Assembly (NCBI GenBank): GCA_902776605.1
Contig: CACYQQ010000005.1
Coordinates: 1-37,845, forward strand
Reading direction: 5' to 3'
Length of the DNA: 37,845 nucleotides
Origin: an uncultured Bacteroidales bacterium
Lineage (GTDB): Bacteria; Bacteroidota; Bacteroidia; Bacteroidales; UBA3663
Shown here: piece by piece, positions 27,952-35,520 of the stretch
How positions within the stretch are numbered: the first letter of the stretch is position 1
Layout of the letters: each line of letters starts with the position of its first letter
Notes under the pieces: model-generated
Database searches by the model: none
Seen by the model: only the letters and a program-made list of their open reading frames with translations
What the model was told of the DNA's origin: nothing
Program-made: the position numbers and the translations under genes

Positions 27952-28322
27952 TTACTTTAGAGTGTTAATGTCAATTACCTCAGGCTGCTGTGCTACCTCC
28001 TTGTACTCTGAACCTTCGTAAACACGAACGTTCTTGAGGAGCTGAGCGCCCAACTTGTTCTTTGGAAGCATACCCTTCAGAACGATCTGGAAGAGGGCAG
28101 CATAACGTTGCCGGTCATTGTCACTTTCTCTGCGTTGATGATGATGACGTTGTCACCACAATCAACATTAGGGGTAAAGCTTGGCTTGTACTTACCACGG
28201 AGGATCTTTGCGACCTTTGAGCAAAGACGACCCATCACCTGGTCAGTAGCATCCACAACAACCCACTTTTTCTGTGCAGTTGCTTTGTTCACAGAAATGG
28301 TCTTGTAAGATAAAGTATCCAC
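27952..28322 (-). pseudogene. rplM: 50S ribosomal protein L13 with internal deletion and frameshift (probably a sequence/assembly artefact)
   Basis: First 72 codons are L13 (…[23 protein letters not shown]); a second frame continues [19 protein letters not shown]…IDINTLK* to 27952; the Y.GYPGG segment is absent. Confidence 0.9.
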
Positions 28323-28453
28323 TGTTGATTTTGGATTAAATAATTAATAATAGGTTAACTGTGCAGAGCCTCAGTTTACGGACAAGCTCCCCGAGGATGC
28401 ACCGAAAAGCGCGGCTTTCAGGGCCATTTCTCGCAAATCGGCTTGCAAAGATA
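28323..28453 (-). promoter_or_regulatory. rplM promoter (TATCTTTG at 28446-28453) and structured leader
   Basis: -7 box followed by a ~115-nt GC-rich leader; L13 leaders are described for Bacteroidia. Confidence 0.6.
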
Positions 28454-28699
28454 CATTTTTTCCTCCACATACGCGCCGCATACGTTTTTATTTTTCTCCG
28501 AGGCTACGTTTTTCTCGCCCCCTCGTCTCGGTTTGTCATCTTGAGTAAGCAATCATCGCTACTTTTCACCTCCCTTCCCCTTCATCGGAGGGCGTCGTTG
28601 CCCCGGACCGGCCAACTGTTTCTCCGGACCGACAACTCCCCCGACGCTGTCCTACCGTAGTTGCGTTCTTTTTGCGTTCTTTTTCCTTTCTTTTTTGAA

Positions 28700-28738
28700 C
28701 CTTTTTGCTCCCTTTTAAAGGCAGCAAGAAGGCAGAAG
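28700..28738. repeat. Copy 2 of the dispersed 39-bp palindromic repeat
   Basis: cctttttgctcccttttaaaggcagcaagaaggcagaag. Confidence 0.8.
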
Positions 28739-28945
28739 CTCAAAAGCGGTCCAGAAGAAAGGAGACGCCGAGTGCGGAAGGGGAACGTTTGCACCCCCTT
28801 TTTGCCGACTATCCTGCTCAAAACCACGCGATAGCTTTTTGACCAAGACCCCAAACAAAAAATAATTGAGGCATTTCTCGCGATAATTCAAAAATTATGA
28901 GTAAATTTGCCGCGCGAAAATACAATACCCTCTACTTTTCACATT

Positions 28946-29908
28946 ATGGTTTGGCACCTATTGGCTCTACTCACCGCCTGCATCTGGGGCTCCACGTTTG
29001 CGGCAAGCAGTCTGCTCATCCGGGCAGGACTATCGCCTGCCGAGATCATGCTGTTCCGCTTTGCCATTGCCTACCTACTGATGCTGCCCTTCCAGGTCAA
29101 GGGCATGGTGCAACGGGGCCAACGGTTCAACCCGCACGACCGCAACATGCTGTTGGTCAGGCTGCGTGACGAGGGATTGTTCATCCTGTTGGGACTGACG
29201 GGCGGCTCGCTCTACTTCCTGAGCGAGAACTCTGCTATCAAGCTCACCAACTTCACCTCGACCGTCGCCCTCATCGTCAGCACCTGCCCTATCCTGACGG
29301 CACTGGTGCACCGACTGATATGGCGCGGCGAACATCTGTCGAACCGCTTCCTGTTGGGGTCGGCCACCGCCATGGCGGGTGTGACGCTGGTGGTGCTCAA
29401 CGGTGTGTTTGTCCTGGACGACAACCCCTGGGTCATTGTTCTGAGCTTCGGCGCCGCCCTGTTCTGGGCCTTCTACAGCATCATCCTCAAGGTGCTCGAC
29501 CGCCGTTATAGCAGTGACTACATCACGCGCAAGGTCTTCTTCTGGGGCGTGGTCACCATGTTGCCCGTCTGCCTGATTGAGGCTTACTCGGGACACAGCG
29601 AACTGTTCCCGTTGTCGGAAACGGACGGCGCGCCTACGTTGAACCTGAGTCTGTTGGCCGTGCCCGAGGTCTATCTGACGTTGCCCTTCTTGGCACTGAT
29701 TGCCTCCTTGGGTTGCTTCCTGACCTGGAACATCGTCTGCAAACGGCTCACGGTGGTCACGGCGAGCAACTACCTCTATTTCAACCCCGTGACTTCGCTC
29801 TGGATGGGTGCTTTGCTGCTCGGCGAACAGGCCACTTGGCCCGCCATCGTCGGCTGTCTGGTCACCATCGGGGGTGTATATATGTGCAACAAGAAGTCGC
29901 AAGGTTAA
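28946..29908 (+). CDS. DMT/EamA family transporter
   Basis: IWGSTF, RF.IAY, YF..EN.A, about 10 TM helices, S.YLY.NP; TAAATTTG promoter box at 28902-28909. Confidence 0.92.
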   Translation: MVWHLLALLTACIWGSTFAASSLLIRAGLSPAEIMLFRFAIAYLLMLPFQVKGMVQRGQRFNPHDRNMLLVRLRDEGLFILLGLTGGSLYFLSENSAIKLTNFTSTVALIVSTCPILTALVHRLIWRGEHLSNRFLLGSATAMAGVTLVVLNGVFVLDDNPWVIVLSFGAALFWAFYSIILKVLDRRYSSDYITRKVFFWGVVTMLPVCLIEAYSGHSELFPLSETDGAPTLNLSLLAVPEVYLTLPFLALIASLGCFLTWNIVCKRLTVVTASNYLYFNPVTSLWMGALLLGEQATWPAIVGCLVTIGGVYMCNKKSQG

Positions 29909-29947
29909 TATTCATTATTTAATATTTAGTATTTCTAAACAAGTATA

Positions 29948-30676
29948 GTGACAACTACCACCATCCTTCTCCTGTGCCTCCTGGCTTTTGGCGCCGCCGT
30001 CGTGCAACGCGTGTCGGGCTTCGGCTTTGGCATCTTCATCATGACGGCCTTGCCCTACCTGATGCCCACCTTCGGCGAGGCGGTCACCCTGAGCGGCGTG
30101 TTGGCATTGGTGACATCAATCACCATTGTCATCCACATGCACAAATATATCGTCTGGAAGAAGCTGTTGCCCATCCTGACGGTCTTTCTGATTGTCTCCT
30201 GGTTTGCGGGGCAATGGATATCGGCCACCAGCGACGGACTGTTGAAGCACATCCTGGGTGGTGTACTGCTGGCTGCCAGCATCTGGTTCATCTTCCTGAG
30301 CGAACGCATCCACATCAACCCTACCTTGCCGATGCAAGTGAGCATGGGTACACTGTCGGGCGTGATGGGTGGTCTGTTTGGCATGCAAGGTCCGCCCGCC
30401 GTGCTCTATTTCCTGGCTTCGGCCTCGCGCAAGGAGGAATATATGGCCATGGCGCAATGCTATTTCCTGGTGGGCAACCTGGCCATGACGGGCTTCCGCG
30501 CCTACAATGGTCACCTCACCACCAATGTCCTCTGGGCCTGGTGCTGTGGTCTGCCTGCCGTCCTGTTGGGCACTTGGTTGGGCAGTATCATCTTCCGCAA
30601 TATCCCTATCCGCATCCTCCGCAAGATCATCTATATCTACATGGGAATCAGCGGAGCGATAGCGTTGTTCTTGTGA
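29948..30676 (+). CDS. TauE/SafE family permease
   Basis: VQRVSGFGFG, G.LSG.MGGLFGMQGPP, G.WLG; GTG start. Confidence 0.9.
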   Translation: MTTTTILLLCLLAFGAAVVQRVSGFGFGIFIMTALPYLMPTFGEAVTLSGVLALVTSITIVIHMHKYIVWKKLLPILTVFLIVSWFAGQWISATSDGLLKHILGGVLLAASIWFIFLSERIHINPTLPMQVSMGTLSGVMGGLFGMQGPPAVLYFLASASRKEEYMAMAQCYFLVGNLAMTGFRAYNGHLTTNVLWAWCCGLPAVLLGTWLGSIIFRNIPIRILRKIIYIYMGISGAIALFL

Positions 30677-30690
30677 GAGGGTCCAAGACC

Positions 30691-30896
30691 TGAGACCCCC
30701 CACTAACTCCCCCGAGGGGGAGAACCAGCCCCTTGCAAACGAAAGAGTTTGCTACTTTTTGTAACTAACAATCCCCTCCCCTCGAGGTCCTCGCAACTGA
30801 GGGTTGATAACTTCTCGCGAGGGATAATCTCCTCCCCTCGGGGTCCTCGCAACTGAGGGTTGATAACCCTCAGCGAGAAGACGGGAGGGGGTCTCA
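30691..30896. repeat. REP-doublet-like element with 10-bp terminal inverted repeats, containing module copies 3 and 4 as a 56-bp tandem duplication
   Basis: tgagaccccc ... gggggtctca; units start at 30770 and 30826. Confidence 0.8.
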
Positions 30897-30908
30897 TATT
30901 TATTTATC

Positions 30909-31700
30909 ATGCAAAAAGACTTAGATTCCATCGAAGAGCTCAACTTCATCGCCACCGTCGCAGAAGATGCCAAGATTGATGCCTATATCACCCAGTTGCG
31001 TGAATGGGGCTACGGCTCCATCCGCGAGGTCAATGACCTGCACCAACTCTTCTGGGAACTGTCGCAACGTAACCTGGTGCTCGACAAACTGTTCCGCGTG
31101 GCGGTGGTCGAGTGCATCGACGAGGAACCTCTTTACCTGAAGTTCCTCGGCATGGCCAAACACTATAACGGTTGGAAGCAGCAGAGCATCGACAAGTTCG
31201 GACAGCAGATCAAGACGTTGCGCAAGGAACTTAATGAACAGCGCGAGGAGAACAACAGCATCCATGAGTTGTTCCGCAAACTCCAGTCGGAAAATGTCAA
31301 ACTCAAGATGGAAATGCTGCAAATGAAGCCGAAGTCGGAGGGCGCTCAGGTCAACGAACTGCGTCACGAACTCAAGAAGCAATACAACCTGGAACTTGCC
31401 GAGATTCGCGCCAAGCACAAACCCGACAAACTGATTCGCCAGGCATTGCTCAATGACCTTTGCAACCCCTGCTCGAAGTTGTTCAATGCCTTCGACCTGA
31501 CCCGCGAAGAGGACTGTCAGGACTACATCCAATGGTTCCGTAAGGCGGGTCGGAAGATCAACAACCCGACGTTGCGCGACATCGAACAGCGCTACGAAGG
31601 CCACGACCTCGGCACCTTCCTCTCGCTGGTCGAGGCCTACAATGCGGAGTGGGCTGCCCGTCACCAAGGACAGTCGGACGAGGAGGAGGAAAACGCGTGA
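30909..31700 (+). CDS. Hypothetical coiled-coil protein
   Basis: 263-aa ORF with host-like codon usage, AT-rich upstream region, central charged helical stretch. Confidence 0.75.
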   Translation: MQKDLDSIEELNFIATVAEDAKIDAYITQLREWGYGSIREVNDLHQLFWELSQRNLVLDKLFRVAVVECIDEEPLYLKFLGMAKHYNGWKQQSIDKFGQQIKTLRKELNEQREENNSIHELFRKLQSENVKLKMEMLQMKPKSEGAQVNELRHELKKQYNLELAEIRAKHKPDKLIRQALLNDLCNPCSKLFNAFDLTREEDCQDYIQWFRKAGRKINNPTLRDIEQRYEGHDLGTFLSLVEAYNAEWAARHQGQSDEEEENA

Positions 31701-31705
31701 AAGCG

Positions 31706-31850
31706 ATCGGAGTGAATCGGAGGGCTCTGATTACTCGGAGTATTCCGATTACTCCGACTATTCTTATTTTTTCCGAGGACTCCGATAATTCCGATTACTC
31801 TGAGTACTCCGATTATTCCGATTACTCAGACTAATCCGATTACTCCGATA
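31706..31850. repeat. Nonamer tandem repeat (CCGATTACT), with leading units inverted
   Basis: atcggagtgaatcggag followed by more than 10 units such as ccgattact/ccgataatt/ctgagtact. Confidence 0.85.
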
Positions 31851-31863
31851 CCCCTTTTTTACT

Positions 31864-31916
31864 AAAATAGCCCACGGGGCAAGCATCGTTATGATGCTTG
31901 CCCCGTGGGCTATTTT
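31864..31916. terminator. Bidirectional terminator with a perfect 24-bp stem
   Basis: aaaatagcccacggggcaagcatc-gttat-gatgcttgccccgtgggctatttt. Confidence 0.9.
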
Positions 31917-31936
31917 GTGAACCTCTTTACGAGGCT

Positions 31937-32857
31937 TTACAGGTTCCAGGAAGAGAGGGTGAAGTTCTTCTCGACCGCTGCCTCTGCCTCGTCGGGCAGG
32001 TTGTGGAAGAAGTCGATACCCGTGTATTCCTCCAACTCGTCAATCGAGATGGCATGCTTGGCAATCTCTGCCTTGTTGGCATCCACTTCGTAGTCCTTAT
32101 GCTCCATCCAGAAGGCAATAGCCTCGTAACCAGAGCTCTTGCACTTGAGGAGCGCCATGTAGTAGAACTTCGGGATAGCGACTCTCTTGCCGTTGCCACG
32201 TTCGCGATAACCCAGAATCTTGTCCTTGTCGATGGTGCCACCCTTCACGACATAGAGCGTGTCGGAGAAAGAGGCATCGCGACCCAGGTTCTGAACATAA
32301 TTCTCGTAGCCCACCCAGTAGTTCTGGTTGAAAGCCGACATCTGTGGCGACATGTTGGTCATATAGAATGTCTGGCGATTGGCTTCCTCCGAAACGAGAC
32401 GGTCGTTCGAGGCGCAGAGATGACCACGATCATAGCCTCCGCCGAAACCATTGTAACCGATATAGTGCTTGGAAGGAATCTCCGGATCGTCCGAGAAAGC
32501 ATCACTGCTGCTACGACCAGTATTCTTGGCACGGTTGCTGCCGTCGAAGCGGAACGCCACCCAACGGGAATGATACTGAACGGTATCGTAGGCCAAGCAA
32601 TAGTTCATGATGGTATCATCCTTCTCTGCCCTCTCGATGATGAGATTGTGCGTGACGAAGAGGTCGCTCGTTTGCAGAGCTGGCACCTCCATCATTTTGG
32701 CATCTGCTGCCGAGGCCTTGCCAATCTTGCTCTCGACACCCAGTACGACTCCATCGAAGTCATACGGGTCGTCGCTACAAGCGGCAAAACTCAGCAGTCC
32801 GCACACGCCCACAGACAATGCCCACAGGCTCTGTGCTTTGAATATGCTATTTTTCAT
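31937..32857 (-). CDS. DNA/RNA non-specific endonuclease lipoprotein (NucA/EndoG type)
   Basis: FAAC lipobox; YDRGHLCAS.DR, TFYMTNMSPQ...FNQ..W...E, IP..YY, LEEYTGIDFF. Confidence 0.95.
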   Translation of the reverse strand: MKNSIFKAQSLWALSVGVCGLLSFAACSDDPYDFDGVVLGVESKIGKASAADAKMMEVPALQTSDLFVTHNLIIERAEKDDTIMNYCLAYDTVQYHSRWVAFRFDGSNRAKNTGRSSSDAFSDDPEIPSKHYIGYNGFGGGYDRGHLCASNDRLVSEEANRQTFYMTNMSPQMSAFNQNYWVGYENYVQNLGRDASFSDTLYVVKGGTIDKDKILGYRERGNGKRVAIPKFYYMALLKCKSSGYEAIAFWMEHKDYEVDANKAEIAKHAISIDELEEYTGIDFFHNLPDEAEAAVEKNFTLSSWNL

Positions 32858-32868
32858 ACCTTTACAAT

Positions 32869-34518
32869 TTATTCTTTATCAGCCACCGCCTTGTAGATGA
32901 CAATCTTGGTAATCTGCGTGTTGTGGGCCGACTCTACTTTGAGGGTATATTGATTCCCAGCTGCCTGATAGTCAGCGGCAATCTCGTACTTATTAGTGGT
33001 CTGTGCACCTGTAGTCGAAGCACTGACAGCTGTTTCGCCAACATAGAAATTCTGGACTACAGCAGCAGAAGCCTTTTCTGCACCTACTACTTCAATGCTT
33101 GAGACGGCAAAGTCGAAAGCGGGCAATGTCAAGGTTGCACCCTTCTTTCCTAACATCAAGACTTTGCTGGTAGCATTGTAATAGTACTTATCAGGAGCAG
33201 TCAAAGTGATAGTATAGTCTCCGCTGGTGAATGTCTGAGTATCAGTAGCGCCATTACCAGAACCTTCTGGCAATCCCCAAGCATTTGCAGAGAAATCAAG
33301 AATAACGTCACCTACGGGAACATCACCGCCACCGCCTTGACCGGCAGACACAAGTTCGACAAACGTTGCAGGATTTATCTCATCTTTGGTTACACCATCC
33401 TTAACATAAGGATAATACTTACCACGTACTACAATTGTAGAACCCTCTGTTACGCCAAGGGCTGCCAACGATACTTTATTGCCCTTATCATCAACAGTCT
33501 TATAAACATATACAGAACTGCCATCTTGGGTCAAATCAAAACTTGCATAGCTTTCATTAATATTGGTAGCAACACCTTCCAATTCGTAAGCGACAGACTC
33601 ATCCTTTAACTCCAAGAACTTCGCAATGGTAATACGCTCAAATTCAACCTGTTTGACACCCTTCTTAACTCGCACAAAAGTCGCAGGATTAATCTCGTCC
33701 TTGACATTGCCGTTCTTGTCGGTATAAGCAAGATATACACCCGTAACGGTCACGGTATCTCCCTCTTCAATGTTGAGAGCACCCAAATCAGCTTTGTTTC
33801 CTTGAGCATCATTCATTCGGTAGATATAAATCTTGTAACCATCCTCAGTTAAGTCGAAGCTAGCATACTGTGTATTGAGCGCAGAAGCGACACCAGTCAG
33901 TTCATAAGCCACCTTGGTATCCTTCTTCTCCAGGAACTCCTTGATGCTGATATGTTCAAACTTGGTTTGGACAGAGTCTGGATCCTTACCTGCCTTATTT
34001 TCTCCATACTGAGCATAAGAAACCGACTTGAGACCTGCAGCACCGAAATATTTCTCCAATGAGCCATAGAGCATCACGGAAGCGCCCAACATAGTTGGAT
34101 TATCCTTCAAATTGAGAGCGTCTCGCACAGCACCTACTGGCAATTGGATAGCCATACAGTTGGTTGCAATCTGCTCATCGGCCGATGGAGCCAACACGAT
34201 ATTGCTCTTCATATCATCCGTTGGTGCGGCAAAGACGGTATTATTGATGGTGGTAGAAGTCTCACTACTCGTTGGAATATAGCCGACAATATAGCCTTTT
34301 ACCCAAACATTGCCTGTCTTACCACTACCCTGTGCCTTGATGGCAGCAGCAACACTATATGGTGTCTCGCGGTACTTTCCGAGAGAGTCGTTGGCAGCAG
34401 AACCACCACCTTCCTCCAAAAACAGTTGATAGGGAGCTGGCACATCCTCGCAAGACGAGATGCTGGCAGCCATTACAAGACTCATGGCCAAGCCCAGAAA
34501 ATAATGTATCTTTTTCAT
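32869..34518 (-). CDS. Surface lipoprotein with DUF6359-like N-domain, two OB-fold-like repeats and a C-terminal beta domain
   Basis: ISSC lipobox; VWVKGYIVG...IQLP...RDALNLKDNP...YFG..GLK; internal duplication aa 187-284 / 293-389. Confidence 0.8.
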   Translation of the reverse strand: MKKIHYFLGLAMSLVMAASISSCEDVPAPYQLFLEEGGGSAANDSLGKYRETPYSVAAAIKAQGSGKTGNVWVKGYIVGYIPTSSETSTTINNTVFAAPTDDMKSNIVLAPSADEQIATNCMAIQLPVGAVRDALNLKDNPTMLGASVMLYGSLEKYFGAAGLKSVSYAQYGENKAGKDPDSVQTKFEHISIKEFLEKKDTKVAYELTGVASALNTQYASFDLTEDGYKIYIYRMNDAQGNKADLGALNIEEGDTVTVTGVYLAYTDKNGNVKDEINPATFVRVKKGVKQVEFERITIAKFLELKDESVAYELEGVATNINESYASFDLTQDGSSVYVYKTVDDKGNKVSLAALGVTEGSTIVVRGKYYPYVKDGVTKDEINPATFVELVSAGQGGGGDVPVGDVILDFSANAWGLPEGSGNGATDTQTFTSGDYTITLTAPDKYYYNATSKVLMLGKKGATLTLPAFDFAVSSIEVVGAEKASAAVVQNFYVGETAVSASTTGAQTTNKYEIAADYQAAGNQYTLKVESAHNTQITKIVIYKAVADKE

Positions 34519-34532
34519 ATTGAATGATGTTT

Positions 34533-35513
34533 TTACTGATGAATAATTTTGAAGTCAGAAGGATTGCGCAAATTGAGCTGCCACTTGTCGTCGAAGCTGT
34601 CGTACGAGAACAAACCGGACAGTTCCACAGTATCTTTTGGCAAGACGATGTGCGAACATTCATTGCCTGTACTGGTACGCACCAGCATGGTCGAGTTGTT
34701 GCTAATCAACTTCAAGGTGCGGTTGACACCATAGCCCGCATCTTCCAGCGAATCAGGAGCTAAGGTTGCCGTGCCGTCGGCCTCCAGGAATACGCCACGC
34801 ACCGTAGCAATGGTAGGATAATTGGTTGCAACGCGGTTTTCGCTTGCACGAATCCACTTGTCGCCATCATCGTTAGCAAGAGGCTTGCACTGGCACTCTG
34901 CCACCGTGGTATCGGGGACTCCAATCAGCTGCACATGCTCCTGAAAAATCTGCAACGGAATAGGGCCAAGGTTGTGATTGCCTGCCGAGGTGTAGTAAGG
35001 ATAACCGATACGGGGCACACGACTGTAGGCACCGACATAAAGACCCTTGAGGTTGATGCGAATGCGCTGACCTACAGGATAAAGTGGATAGAGGCAAGGA
35101 TTCTTGACCTCAATGTCAATAGCCTGGTCTTCGCCAGTCACGGGGTCGATATTGCGCACCAGCAACATCTGGTAGAGACAACCGAAAGGTCCGTCGTTGG
35201 CACAGATGACACCCTCAATGACATAGCTGGTGTCGATGCGGGTCTCCCAGTTGGAAGTATTGCGGCTGAAGGTATATTCGGCTGGACGCTCCACCTTGCC
35301 GTTGTTGCTGCAATAGGTCAACTTGAGCTGTTTGAGCGATATATTAGGTTCGGACAATGCCACATCGGACTGCAACTCCTTGGCAAAGTCCTCAGTATTG
35401 GGTTCGTCCAAGTCGTCGTAGCATCCCGTCAGGAGCAGACTCAATGCCGGCAACAGGAAAAGGGTCTTGGAAAGAGCCCCGAACGGTTTCTTGAAATATG
35501 ATGAATTTTTCAT
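34533..35513 (-). CDS. DUF5689-family lipoprotein
   Basis: LTGC lipobox; SLKQLK, IEGVI.AND..G.LYQ, LY..YPVGQRIRINLKGLYVG.Y, VRTS, WQL.LR...D. Confidence 0.8.
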   Translation of the reverse strand: MKNSSYFKKPFGALSKTLFLLPALSLLLTGCYDDLDEPNTEDFAKELQSDVALSEPNISLKQLKLTYCSNNGKVERPAEYTFSRNTSNWETRIDTSYVIEGVICANDGPFGCLYQMLLVRNIDPVTGEDQAIDIEVKNPCLYPLYPVGQRIRINLKGLYVGAYSRVPRIGYPYYTSAGNHNLGPIPLQIFQEHVQLIGVPDTTVAECQCKPLANDDGDKWIRASENRVATNYPTIATVRGVFLEADGTATLAPDSLEDAGYGVNRTLKLISNNSTMLVRTSTGNECSHIVLPKDTVELSGLFSYDSFDDKWQLNLRNPSDFKIIHQ

Positions 35514-35520
35514 AGTGAAC

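Noticed and set aside
28077-28110. Programmed frameshift in rplM
   Set aside because: About 30 conserved codons are physically missing and there is no slippery site
30770-30883. CRISPR-like array (also considered for 23107-23673 and 31706-31850)
   Set aside because: Only two units or no unique spacers, and no cas genes
31649-31834. 61-aa ORF ending in SDYSEYSDY
   Set aside because: Translation of the nonamer repeat; overlaps the upstream gene
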